Both the position numbers and the translations under genes were made by a program. Below the pieces are notes generated by a model. It was not told the origin of the DNA. It ran no database searches and saw nothing but the letters and a program-made list of their open reading frames with translations. From NCBI GenBank assembly GCA_964016885.1, contig OZ024741.1, forward strand, positions 137,516,001 to 137,580,000: a stretch of 64,000 nucleotides of DNA, given 5' to 3'. Shown here piece after piece: positions 1 to 15,670 of the stretch (the first letter of the stretch is position 1; every line of letters begins with the position of its first letter). The DNA comes from Eledone cirrhosa (lineage: Eukaryota).

Positions 1-34
1 AGACGAGGGATGCGAGATTCCTTGTAGTTGCGGG

Positions 35-125
35 CATGGCATAGTAAAAGAGTTGAGCTTATAATTAACCAATGAGAGATGGCACCCAAAAGACGTCAAA
101 TAACATTAAATTATCTGATTGGCTG
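35..125. promoter_or_regulatory. Possible Pol II promoter (two CCAAT boxes, CRE-like site, TATAA)
   Basis: AACCAATGA at 67-75, CTGATTGGCT at 115-124, GACGTCA at 92-98, TTATAA at 59-64, and minus-strand GCCATG with ATG at 37-35. Confidence 0.3.
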
Positions 126-987
126 TCGATTATACTTCAGTCCTTTCATTTTTCCTTACGTTAAACATGTTTTAATGATTTCGTTTGTTTCCATTAGCTA
201 GTATTCCTAATGACAGCAGTCAACTTTTATAGTTAAGTTGACGTATTCTATTCTATATATTTACGTGAATATATATATGTACATTAATGTATATTTTTTA
301 TACATGGATTGATTTCAAGTATTTATGAAATTCCTATTTATATTTGCAACCAATTATCGTATGTCTGGTTTTTTTGAAGATATATTTTTTTGTTGTTAGA
401 AAAGCCGTCCTTTTTCACGATGCTAATGCAAAGATGATAGTTATATATTCTTCATGTATGACACATTCATAGAAATCGTTTCGGTTTTATATATATTCTA
501 CTTATTTCTTTCATTGGACAAAGTCTAAGTCGTTTCATAGGTATCTGCTTTTTATCTGTTTTAAGTCTTATTTATTCACTTTGTCCATTAGCTGCCAAAT
601 CTCAGTAGTTTGGTGACGTTTCATATTTATTTCATTGGTATCTTTATAACGTATATTCTATCAGCTCAGTAGTTTTATCTTCTTTCCCCGTTTTTCTTCC
701 AGGTGTCGCAATTTACTAAAGAAGGATTCAACATTCTTGTGTCATGCACATAGAATGTTTGGAAACTAAAAATCTCTGATTATTTTCTTGTATCTTGGTC
801 GTGTAAATTCGTGAGTTGTGTTCAATTGCCTCTGAAAAGATAAACAGAAAAAGATGTTAATACTTCTATCAATAACGGAAGTATAAGAGACGACATGTAG
901 GTGAGATTTGAACACATAACACAAATCAATGAGACGTAATTAATCGCCACAATAATTTTGTCTGAAACTCAGAAAAGTCTTTCTATC

Positions 988-1170
988 ATTGGTACAACGC
1001 CAATAACTTGAGGGAAGTAGACATTTGATTGTATCTTGTACTTCATTCTATCGACCCAAAACGTATGAAAGGCAACATCAACCTCGGTAGGAATTGAACT
1101 TAGGACGTAGAAAAATCATACCTAAATGCCACAAAGGAGTTTGTCCGACTCTCTACCGATACTGCCACCC
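988..1170 (-). mobile_element. tRNA-derived SINE family 1, diverged copy
   Basis: Reverse complement of TGGCAGTATCGGTAGAG head, GTTCAATTCC B-box and GCCTTTCAT..GGGTCGATA body. Confidence 0.7.
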
Positions 1171-2035
1171 CCACATTTACTCAGTTATTAAATATTAAGT
1201 TCTCAAATTAGTACATACCTAAATGTATTCGGTTCATCCTTCTTATTTATAAGTTAGAATCTCACTCTCCCCCCCTTCCCTCCCTTTATCTCGACAGTAA
1301 ATAACCAAATATTAGTAATATTCTTGTTATAATCAACCGAATATATTTATCTCATTTTCTTCTTCAGTGAAAAATGTCTTATTTGAAGTTAGACAGATGC
1401 ACCCATCACAATGTTTGCTGGTGATGAGGCTCGATCAATCAACTATTATTTGACATGCCTCAATACGTTCATACGAGAACAACAGTTGCGATTTTATACA
1501 GAAAACTGAATGGAAATATGTAAATGACAGGTTAATGTCAATATTCAGCTCTCGTACTACCAAATAGTTTTATTTTAGTTACTTCTCGTGAAAAGCAGAC
1601 CAGCAGGCCCAATCATTCTCGATGCTATTGAAGAGTGCCTAAAGTTAGGAGTATGAAGTATTAATGAAGTTAACTGGACTAAAGGAAAGTGAAGGGGCTG
1701 ATTGACAGATTGGACCAAGGAAATTGTTTCCGTTGGTCTTTTATTTGTTGATACGAACTATCAAGCAATGTAATCAGTGCTCTTCTGAAACGTGGCACCG
1801 TCGTATCTATCTATCTATCTATCTATCTCCAGATGGTATAGATGTTCTTCACATCGGCTCCTCGAGTATTGGAGATATTACGTGTTAACAGTAAGTGTTT
1901 ATCTGTATTCTTGCGTTATTGTGCTAATTAACCCCCTTGCCTGGATCTTCGGACATTAGGGTTAATTTATTTCACCCCTTTTGGGGTGAAATTTTTCATC
2001 CTAAAAATCATGTGATTGTCTCTACGCTAGTGGTA

Positions 2036-3916
2036 ATGGAAGCCATTACCACAGGTAACGATGACACGCCCACTAAACAAACTGAAGGAGAGCGGGTAGC
2101 GGAGGCAACAAGCCTCCCTACTGAAAGAATAATAATTCTTAGAAACATTGAAAAAATGGAACCTAACCCTAATGAAAAAAATGTGAAAAAAATTGACTCG
2201 GAGAAATTGCCAACATTAATGGATGCCGTTTCGACTTTTCACGGCGCCACGCCCACCAGCAATGGTGAAAGAGAGGTGGCAGCTGTGACTACAAGTCTCT
2301 CGGATACTGAAAATATAAGTCAACATTTTGAAATATTGGAGTCTAACCCCAACGGGGAAAAAGTGTGAACGCATACACCAACATAAATAACACAAACACA
2401 ACAAAAAATGAAAATTGTAACAACAAAAAACAAGAAAACCACGTTTCGACAAATGTAAACAGAGAAGGGGCGAACAAAATGACGTTCGCTCAAACTACCA
2501 AAAGAACCATTGTGTATGAACCTATTGACATTTCGAACATGGCCCAGCAAATGGAAAATGCACGGAAGTATATAACTTTGGAGAAGAATAGTCTATTTTC
2601 TTTAAATTCTCCCCCAGAGCTAAAAAAGGAAAGTAACTTAAAAACTATTATTTATAGGACAATATCAAACAAAACCCGTAAGCCAGTACAACTCACACAG
2701 ACAGAGATTGAACTGGCTTTAAAAGATCATCTGAAAAACATTGTATTCATTCGGAAGGATAGACTCTACGGTAATCTATCCATCCGAATGAAAGATAAAT
2801 TGACGGCCGAAAAACATTCCCTGGCCCCAATTGTGTCCCCCTTATTTACCTTCTTCCCCATTTATTTGGGAATAAAAACACAAAGATTGACCATACACAG
2901 TATCGATCCAGATATTGATTTCTGGGCGGTACTGTGTGGCCTCCTCGACTTGAAAGAGGATGCAGTAATTTCGGTAGGTAAGTCTTCCAGCAACGTGTTC
3001 GGTGGAACTAACCTGCAAGTTCTGGTGCAAATGCAGCCAGAACGAATTGCTAGGTTCCCCGACCGCATATTTCTGGATGGGCTTGCCTACTTACACATCA
3101 GAGTGGAGAGTACACGACTCGCTTGTTACCTCTGTGGTGGCAGAGGTCACCTGAGGGCTGCCTGTTCCCAAGCAAACAAAAAACACCGATTTAACCCACA
3201 CCAACAACTACAACACTACCAAGAGAACCTCCACCACTACCACCACAAAAACAACTAACACCACAAGTTAAAACACAACTGAACCCCCCACCCCACAGAA
3301 AACAAATACAATAACACCAACACCACAAACACGAGCCGAAAATGAACCCCTCCCCTCGATTACGGAAAACGACCCCCTTTCGTCGTCAGACGAGGGGGGG
3401 GGGCTTTCATAAAGTTAAAATAAAAAAAAGAAAACACACCACGGGAACACAAATACAGACAACCCCTCCCCAAGACATAACACAGACATCAACACAAAAA
3501 ACACACAACAACAGCAAACAAAAAACATCAGCCAAAAAGAAAAAATATTCTTATACTTACATAAATACAATAAACAAAAACCTGTTAAACGTTATTTATA
3601 ATAACAACTTAATAAAAACCGAAGGTTCGAACTTCGCACAAGGAACGGGGCTTCTCCATCTAAAAATGATAAAAGCCCCAATGGACATTTACAAAACGTT
3701 AAAAGACACTTTTAAAGAGGACGTGGGGCCCCCTACGTCAGACCCATTAACCGTGTCCTCCTAAAAAATCCCCCCCAGACACCCACACAACTCCAAACAC
3801 CCCAACTCCACCACACACTGATGCCCCTACACTTCCACAAACCACCACCCCACCCAACAACCCACCCCACCCCCATGGAAATTGTGCGGCACGGTCCCCA
3901 GGACGCAGAGAGGTAA
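2036..3916 (+). pseudogene. ORF1 (gag-like, CCHC zinc knuckle) of Tx1 copy 1, frameshifted
   Basis: Pieces 1937-2368, 2365-3258 and 3342-3764. Motif CYLCGGRGHLRAAC (CX2CX4HX4C), T/P-rich linker, and C-terminus PMEIVRHGPQDAER* homologous to PMESVQPGPQEKDR* of copy 2. Confidence 0.85.
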
Positions 3917-3940
3917 GTGCCTTTGCTTTTTACCACCAAC

Positions 3941-6900
3941 ATGGCTGTGTTGAGAATAGGTTGTCTAAATGCGCGTGGCCTGGGCTCACCTTGGAAGGAA
4001 GCAATGCTTCTAAATGACCTCAGGTCACGATGTATAAATGCGATGGTTATTTGCGAGGCTCGGATCAGCAGCGTGCGACAGCTAGCCCCCACCTTTCATG
4101 ACTTTGAGATGCACGTATCTCTCTGTCAGCCTGGAGAAGGGGGTGGGGTTGTCGTTCTGCTGCAAAAACATCTGGGTCTCGCAGACGGTACACTTGGACC
4201 CGGAAGATCGACTAGTGGGGTCTGGACCTTAGCAGTGGTGAAGGCGGAGCTTTTAGGCTGGTCGCCGTCTACGGCCCTTTCGGGTCAACGCGGCTGGACT
4301 TCTTCCATCGTCTGGAGACTTTTCTAGGGACGTCCCGCTCCTTGCTTTTAGTGGGGGACTGGAATGGTATCCTAGATGCACGTTGGGACTATGTAGAGGC
4401 ATGTCTTGATAGAGGGAGTTGTAACAGCCTCAAGGGGTTAATCGGCCTATTCGACCTGGCCGATAGATATCGACTAGATTTTCCGACTGTACCACCCTGG
4501 ACTTGGAGAAACCATAGCGGTCAATCTAGATCATACCTAGATAGGTTCTTAGTTAGAAATAATGATAGGGACATTTTAAGTTGTCCAAAAATGCTCATTG
4601 TTGGCTATTCAGACTACAAGTTAGTGACCTCCATGGTCAACCTTGATAGAACGCATAGACAGGGACCCGGTTACTGGAAGCTCAACTTGTCCTTACCGGC
4701 AAGTAAAGCTTACAGGAACCGGATTTGTACATCAGTTAAGGAGCGGTTGACGGGCGCTATCGTCAAGAACAGGTGGTGGGGCTCTCTCAAAAGAGAGATT
4801 AGAGTAGCTTCAATAGGAGTTAGTAAGGAGTTAGCCTCAGATAGAAATATGAAGGAAAGGGAGTTGGTAGATAGTGTAGAAGAGGCAATTAGAAGCGGTG
4901 ACGTAGTAGCCAGAGTGCTAGCGTCGAGAACGGCCTTGGGCCAGTTCTTCGACGCGAAACACGAAGGCTGCGTTGTCCGAAGCAAAATACGTGCTCTGGG
5001 AAACGACGAGACCAAAGCTGTCAGCTGGGCCCGCGTGACAGAAGCCAAAAGTGGGAGTAGATCCACTATCCGGTCTTTGCGAGACCAGGATGGACGGGTG
5101 ATCCTTGAACCTAAGCAGATGTGCGAGGCCTTTCAAAGGCACTTTGCCCGATTGTTCGGAAGGGGCGAGGGGCCGGATGGGGATGTGGACCTCGGTCCAT
5201 ACCTCGACGGCCTGCCGCGTCTTTCGGACGAGGAGGCGAAGTCCTGTGAGAGGGCGATCTCAGCTGCTGAGATAGGGGACGTGCTGAGCCAATGCTGCAG
5301 ACGCAAATCTCCGGGCCTCGATGGTCTTCCATACGAACTGTATTTAAGTATGCCGGACTTGTTCTTCGATCTCCTCGAAGCGGTCTACTGTAACTGGCAA
5401 CAGAACGGGAGAATTCCCTGTTCTGTGACCAAGGGCGTAGTCTCGCTAGTGAGGAAGAAGGACGAGAACAAGGGTGATGTAAGAATTAATTTTAGGCCCA
5501 TAACACTGCTAAATGCAGAGTTAAAGATTTTGGCCAAGGTGTTAGCAAAGAGTTTGGCGCTTGTTGTGGGCAACGTGGTGGGAGATGCGCAGACATGCGC
5601 CATCCCGACCAGGTCCATTCACGACAATCTCCATCTCATGCGACACATCATAGAGAGGATTGGGAACGAACCCGGCGTTGGTGAGGCCCTGATCAACTTG
5701 GATCAATCTAAGGCGTTCGATAGGGTTGACCATCATTACATGGATGCGGTGCTAGTGGCGTCAGGTTTCGGACCCGTTTTCAGGGGCTGGATCACTGCCA
5801 TGCACATCAGCCGCATCTGCTCTAGGGTCAAGGTGAACGGCTACCTCTCGGAGCCGTTCGAAATCACGCGGTCCATCCGACAGGGATGCTCTCTCTCCTC
5901 CCTTCTGTTTGTATTGGCCCTAGAGCCACTGCTGCGGAAGTGTTACAGGGCATCCCTTTTGAACCGGGATTGCGGAAAGCGGTGTCGGCCTACGCCGATG
6001 ACGTGACAGTAACGGTGTCAACCGCCTCGGAAATCGGAGTCATCGGCACCTTACTGGAGGAATACGAATCATTTACAGGGGCTAAGCTCAATCGGGACAA
6101 GTCAGTCGGTTTGCAACTCAGCGAGTGGAGGGGCAAACCGATGGCCTCCAACGGAGTCGTCGGACGTTGGACGGAGGGCCCGGTGAGTTGCTCGGGGTCT
6201 GCTTCGAGCCAGATCTCCAGGTGGAGTAGAATTGGGTGAGGTATCGAACAGGGTGTTTGCGCTGATGCGGAGTGGGCTGATTGCAATCTATTCTTGAAAG
6301 GTCGGGCGGAGGTGGCGAACGCTTATATAGCGTCCGTTATCTATTACCGCCTGACCGTCGTGCCTTGCCCAAGGAAAACGCTCACCAAAATGGAGCGCGC
6401 ACTCTTCCAATTCCTTTGGAAGAAGCGGGTTCCTTTGGTGAGGAGAACCATTTGCTGTCAACACCCTTCGAAAGGAGGGCTGGGGATGCCGTGGCTGACG
6501 ATGCGTAAACACGCATTAAGGCTACGGTACCTCCAGGTATTCCTCACCGGTCAACCGGTGTGGATCCCGTTTGTGAGGCGAGCCTTACCGAAACTCGTCT
6601 CACTCACCGAGCTGCAGTCCTGGGTCAAGCAAAGACCGAAAAAACTGGGCGCCTGGCACACCGAGTGTGTTCAGGCGCTCACGGCTCTCTGGCAGGCGGA
6701 CCCGGCTGTCGGTGGAGTCACTATAATACGTCATTCTATAGAGGGCTGGTTGTGCGACAACGCCCTCGGACAAGCCCTAGGCATGGAGGAAGACGAACTG
6801 GCCAGCCTATTCGGGAGGAAATTTGGCCCGAGACCTATGGACAACTTCCAGAGGTCCCTGGTCAGAAGTCCTTACCGAGGGGCGCTGCCCGTTTGAGAAA

Positions 6901-7363
6901 AGCTCTACAGACACGGGCGCCCGGGTAGGGACCCTTCGAAAAGAATTTGTCCCAGATGCGTGCGCGACGAGGAAACTGTTGCGCACGCATTGGTACACTG
7001 CTCGGGCGTTGCCGATCTGTGGGGCTATGTCGAACGACTGATGTCACGGGTGGGACTAATCCGGTTGACCACTGAGTCCATTGTAACGATCAAGCCGCCT
7101 CTCCCTTCAAAAATGAAGGAGAGGCGGTCTTCCTCTGTGTAATAGCCATGGTGATAGAGGTGGTATGGTGGACACGTTTGAAAGGGCTGAGGTCGGACAC
7201 CTTTCTCTCCGGCCAACAACTGGTCCTTTTCTTTAAATACCATTTTAAGAGAAGGATCAGAATGGAGAGAGAGGTGCTCTACCCCAGCAAGTTTTATGAA
7301 AGGTGGGTGAAAGTAGCGAGAATGGCCTGTGTGAATGGGCCTTCTCGCTTTATCAGCCTGTAG
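3941..7363 (+). pseudogene. ORF2 (AP endonuclease + reverse transcriptase + C-terminal CCHC) of Tx1 copy 1, multiple frameshifts
   Basis: APE motifs IGCLNARGL, VGDWN, SYLDRFLV, SD(Y/H)K. RT motifs [34 protein letters not shown]-terminal CPRCVRDEETVAHALVHC. Confidence 0.93.
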
Positions 7364-7587
7364 GTGGAAAGGTGGAAGTTCAAAGGAGCACCTCCTCTCT
7401 GTGCTCCTAAGGAAAAGGGCTGCACACTTTTTCAGGGGTGTGTGTAACCCGCAAAACGCCTACTTCCTATTGAGGACTGTATTGTTAATTTTATATTTGT
7501 TATTTGTTTTTTACTCGTTCCTTTATGTAAACTCCTCCCTTGTATTTGTCCCCTTCTTTTGTGCCCTCGTGGCAAATAAATACAAAC

Positions 7588-7588
<1 letters not shown>

Positions 7589-7636
<48 letters not shown>

Positions 7637-7730
7637 CATGTCTTTGTATTGTCCCCTTTTCTTGTGCGCCCTTGTGGCTAATAAAGAAATATATCTATCT
7701 ATCCATCCATCCATCTATCTATCTATCTCT
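7589..7730 (+). repeat. (TATC)n tracts enclosing a ~55-bp 3'-terminal stub of a third Tx1-like copy (7637-7691)
   Basis: TTTGTATTGTCCCCTTTTCTTGTGCGCCCTTGTGGCTAATAAA resembles the 3' end of copy 1 (7540-7580) and has TATC repeats on both sides. Confidence 0.8.
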
Positions 7731-7897
7731 CTACCAGATGTGTGTAACTTCGCGGAGAAGTTTCCGTAAAGTCATGTAAGATAAACCGTGAGTTTTCAGT
7801 TAAATTTTATATTATTGTGTAACTTGACCCTTTAAGGCGGTGGGTCAACTTTTCTTCATCGAAATTTGAAAAATATCATAAGAAGTTTGTTTACGTT

Positions 7898-9778
7898 ATG
7901 AACGCTGCGTTCGACGATAATGGTGGTGGAGAGTCGGTAGAACTACATAGCTCGCAGTCAACATCGTCTTCATCAATTCTCTTCTCCATGGTTAAGACGA
8001 AATCAAATTGTAAAAACAAATTCAAATCCAAACGACACAAATGACACCAAACAGTACAATGACAACAAAAATAACAACAACACCAATAATGATGATAAAA
8101 ACAACAATGACAACAACAACAAAGAAAAAATAAAGACAACATCAATAATACCAGCATCAAAGACTACAACAACACCAACACCAAGGAAAATACAAACAAT
8201 ATCAACATCAGTGACAACAAGAACAACAACAACAATAACAACAATAATGATAACAACAACAACACGAAAGAGAGCGGACTCACGACTGGAGTCTCTTTGG
8301 CACAGGCGGTCCGAGAGACACAGACTTACAAGGCACCGGACATCTCGAATGCCAGAGAGTTGCTGAAGGAGGGAAGAAATTGTGTAACTTTTGGGGAAGG
8401 TGGGGAATTCACAATTACCTCCCCCGAAGAAATTAGAAAAGAGACAGTCCTGAGGACTTTAATCTTTAGGACAATTTCCAACGCAACTAGGAAACCGGCT
8501 CAATTATCCCAAAACGAAATGGAGCTGGTCCTAAGTAGTGCCTGTAAAGATATCGCTTTCATACAGAAAGGGAAACTGCATGGAAGCATATCTGTGCTAA
8601 TGAAAGATCAATTGGCGGCACGGAAATACTCTGTATCGCCAATTGTATCCAAATCCCTTTTCCCCACATATTTGGGGAAAAGAACTCAAAGGATAAGAAT
8701 CTCGGGCATCAGGCCAAATGCGAGCATTTGGTGGGTGCTAACGGGATTCTTAGACGATGAGGACAGAATCCTCTCGATAGGCGAATCCACCGGGGGCGTA
8801 TTCGGCGGAAATAGCCTTGAAGTTCTGGTCCAAATGAGACCAGAAGGGATAACAAGAATACCGCAGCGGGTGTCCCTGGATGGAGTTGCCTTCATAAACA
8901 TTTCTGTGGAGGACAGGAGGCTTTCATGCTACCACTGTTCAAGAAGTGGTCACCTGAGGGCTTCCTGTCCCCTTTTAAATGCCTCCCCCAATAAAAAGAC
9001 GTTCCTGCCCACACCACACACAACAACAACACAACCACCACCACCACCACCACAACAACAACCACAACAACACGAAAAAATAACAACACAAGACACCGTC
9101 CCACCCAACCCTTCCCAACCTAAAACAAATACAAAAGCAACCACAACAAAACCCAAAAATATACCCCTCCCCAACAACACGGACGAGGACCCCTTATCAA
9201 CGTCACCCAGTGACGACGAGGGAGAACCCTTTCAACCAGTAAAAAGAACGAAAAGAAAGCACCACATTAACAGAAATGCATCAAACACACAACCACCAGC
9301 ACAAACAGAACAAACATCACAAACAAAAAAACCCACCCCTCCAGAAAACATAACACATACTACAAAACGCAAACACACACAAGAACAACAAACAAACACA
9401 ACACAACAAAAACAGTATACCACAATACACACAACAAAACACTTGTACAAACAATAGACAAAGACCCTTCGGTGGAAACCGAAGGGAAAATGTTCACCAA
9501 CGCGGCGACTAAACCACATTTAAAAATGATTAGGGTCCCAAGGGACACCTACGCAATGTTCAAACTGAACTTCCCCGTGGGGAACCCCTGTACTAGACCC
9601 ATCAATCGCGTCCTTTTGAAATGTTTCCCCACCACCACTCCAGGCACCACTCCCCCACCAAACACCCCCACCACACACTGATGTTCCCACCACATCCCAA
9701 ACTACCACCTCACCAAACAACCCCTCTGACACCCCCATGGAAAGTGTGCAGCCTGGTCCCCAGGAGAAGGACAGGTAG
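7898..9778 (+). pseudogene. ORF1 of Tx1 copy 2 (zinc knuckle), disrupted
   Basis: ORF 8297-9457 aligns to copy 1 ORF1 (TISNATRKPAQLSQNEMEL vs TISNKTRKPVQLTQTEIEL). Motif CYHCSRSGHLRASC and an AAC-rich N-terminal region. Confidence 0.83.
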
Positions 9779-9820
9779 GTGTATTTTCCTTTTTCTCCAC
9801 TTTAACTCTTCACCACCAAC

Positions 9821-12913
<3,093 letters not shown>

Positions 12914-13239
12914 CTTACTAACAACTGATCTATGCCCCTTCACACTATTATAATATGAAATATGGAATCTGCTACTACAACTATAAACCACGGGAAGAAT
13001 AAAAAGCAAAGCAAAGTCACCCTTAGCGGCATTTGAATGGGAAATATAAAAAGGACATCACAATATACTCCCAAACCTTTTTTTACGGTACTCCGAAGGA
13101 TATTTAGTCCAAATAACCTTCTCATCACAAACTGCAATCCTACAAAAGATTGACATGTGGAGAATTACACACATACTCAGAGAAATATTGTCTAAGGTCC
13201 ATGGTGAGAGGCGTTACTTCATAAACTATCAATAATAAT

Positions 13240-13735
13240 GGTTTCTTAATTATGTACAACATCAGCAATTTTTCTATGAGGAGGGAGGTCGATTAAATCA
13301 ACACCGGTACTTGATTTGTCTCTTAATCTCTCAATCCAAGAAAGGTGAAAGGCTAGGTTGGCCTCAGTGGGTTTTGAACTCAGAACATAGTCAGAACAAA
13401 TATCGCATTGAATTTTGTTCGACATTCTGAAGTTTCTGCCAATTTATCTCCTGTTTTATATACTCTGTCAACGTTTCTCTATCTCTCAGCGACATACATA
13501 AACACATCTAGAGAAATATAATGGTTTCTTATATAGGCACAAGGCCAGCAATTTTGGGGGAGGGGAAAATCGATTAAATCGAGCCCAGTGCGTTACTGGT
13601 GCTTTATTTTTTCGACCCCGTAAGGATGAAAGGCAAAGTTAACCTCAGCGGGATTTGAACTAAGACTGTAAAGAACCGCAACTCTATGCTGCAAAGCATG
13701 GCGTCCGTCCCTCTACCGATATTGCCAATCCACCT
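13240..13735 (-). mobile_element. Two SINE family 1 copies (~13240-13443 diverged; ~13522-13735)
   Basis: GGCACAAGGCCAGCAA...CGACCCCGTAAGGATGAAAGGCAAAGTTAACCTC...GATTTGAACT...CTCTACCGATATTGCCAATCC. Confidence 0.8.
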
Positions 13736-13790
13736 CCCTCATATAATGTCTTTCTCTCATTTTCTTACTCTCTATCCACATACATACATA

Positions 13791-13857
<67 letters not shown>

Positions 13858-13919
13858 TATATAGATATATATAGATATATATATATATAGATATATATAG
13901 ATATATACATATACACGCA

Positions 13920-13969
<50 letters not shown>

Positions 13970-13976
13970 CACACAC

Positions 13977-14029
<53 letters not shown>

Positions 14030-15330
14030 CAAAGACATTATGGTTATTATGAGCTTCAATTATTAGGGGGTTATTTTCGTCGTTTAACATTCTCTGTGAT
14101 GACTTTTGTCGGCTAATTAACCTTAATATTTCATATTTTTCTTCTTCATCATTTTTGTATCTGATACTAATAGGACTAATTCATGCACCCTCCCTCCCTA
14201 CAGACCTACCTCCCGCCTTCAGTGCAGACAGTTGAACTAAATAGTCGGCTAAATACCATTTATTAGTTGGACATATTAATTTAAGTCCATTGACTCTAAA
14301 TTTCCTTTCTAGAGATGTTTATCTGCTTTATTTGATATTTTTTATGATATTGTCGTTGCTTTCAATATGTTTATTGGCAGTGTTTATCTATTTTCTTTAT
14401 TGTTTTTTTGTTTTATACGCTTAATCTCATTTTTACCACTTGCAATATGTTTTGAAAAGGATTCAAAGTGCGCAAAAAATATAACAAAAACAAACAAACA
14501 ATAACATAAAATAGCAGAGAAACAAATTCCATTGAAATTCTTTTCTCTGTGAGATTTTCAGGAAATTCAGATGTTATTGAAATAAGCTTTAATTACTAGC
14601 TTTCAAAGAAAAAATCATCTTGATGGAAACAGCGAATGCTGTTTTAGCAGAGTTTTACTGCCGTCTTGTTAAGACACATGGCTTAGTGGTTAGGATTTTT
14701 CTGCTTGCTATCGTAAAGGCCGGGGTGTTGCGCTGGAGTAAGAAATTCTATTATAGATTGGTTCTAGAAAAAAATGGGATGTATCTGAAATTAAAAGCAA
14801 TGTATCATTGGAACCGACGGATGACCAACATTCACACACAGACATACATACACCACAATACACACACACACCACAAGACACACACACACACACACGCACA
14901 CACACAGTCAGACATACATCAAAAGATTTTCTCACTGAGACAGACATACACCTAAAACACAAATTCAGTGCTATATTTAGAATGTCGTCTGCTTTAGTGA
15001 ATATGTCTTGATATATCGATAACCATTAGTATTTTTTAAACACTGCAGCACGTCTCTTGAAGCAGAAATTCATTAGGAGGCAAAAAGATATGTCTGCTGA
15101 GCGTTACACTCACACAGACAGTATCAGAAAATAACAAAAAAGAACTATAAGAATAAAACAGAACATGACCAACATTATTAACAATCATATAATCATCAGT
15201 AGAACCAGTAAACGCAGCATGGCAGAATGGTTAAAACGTTTGTTTTGTACTCATTAGGTCATGGATTTGATCACACTGCGTCGCATTTGAGCAGGTATAA
15301 TTAATTTTAGTCTTTATGGAAACCCCGTGG

Positions 15331-15670
15331 AGGCGTGTGGCCTAGTGGTAAGGGTGTTGGGCGTACTATCATATTGTCGTGGATTCGGTGTTGTGTGTTG
15401 TGTTCTTGAGCAAGACACTTCATTTCATGTTGTAACCACCCGCCTGGTGAGCGTCCGAGCTCGAGACAGACTTTAGAATTTTAGGTGGAAACCCATGAGA
15501 TGGACTTACATGAAATTTCGCGAGCTAACCACTTTAAAAATTATGTTACATTGAATCTGTCTGAGAATTACGTTATGGATACACGTGTCTGTAGAATGCT
15601 CAGGTCAATTTCATGAGCAGGCAGTTCCGTTGATCAAACAACTGTAAGAGTCATCGCCAACTGACAAAAG
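15331..15670 (+). mobile_element. Old tRNA-derived SINE (CORE-like family 2)
   Basis: A-box GTGGCCTAGTGGTAAGG and body TGTTCTTGAGCAAGACACTT shared with 37385-37715 and 51441-51775. Confidence 0.55.

Larger units (their letters stand above)
1829..7590 (+). mobile_element. Full-length, decayed Tx1-clade (L1-like) non-LTR retrotransposon, copy 1
   Basis: Starts CCAGATG right after (TATC)6 (1804-1827). Contains a zinc-knuckle ORF1 and an APE-RT-CCHC ORF2. The 3' UTR has AATAAA at 7575-7580 and runs into (TATC)n. Confidence 0.92.

Noticed and set aside
703-900. Exon-like segment (polypyrimidine-CAG acceptor, AG|GTGAGA donor)
   Set aside because: Stops in all three frames and no supporting evidence. 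A non-coding exon cannot be excluded but is unsupported.
3818-3920. TGATG stop-start overlap and AG|GTAAGT splice donor conserved in both Tx1 copies
   Set aside because: Copy 2 shows the continuous frame HTDVPTT..PMES..KDR*. TGATG is therefore Thr-Asp codons and the donor-like string is the Arg-stop at the end of ORF1.
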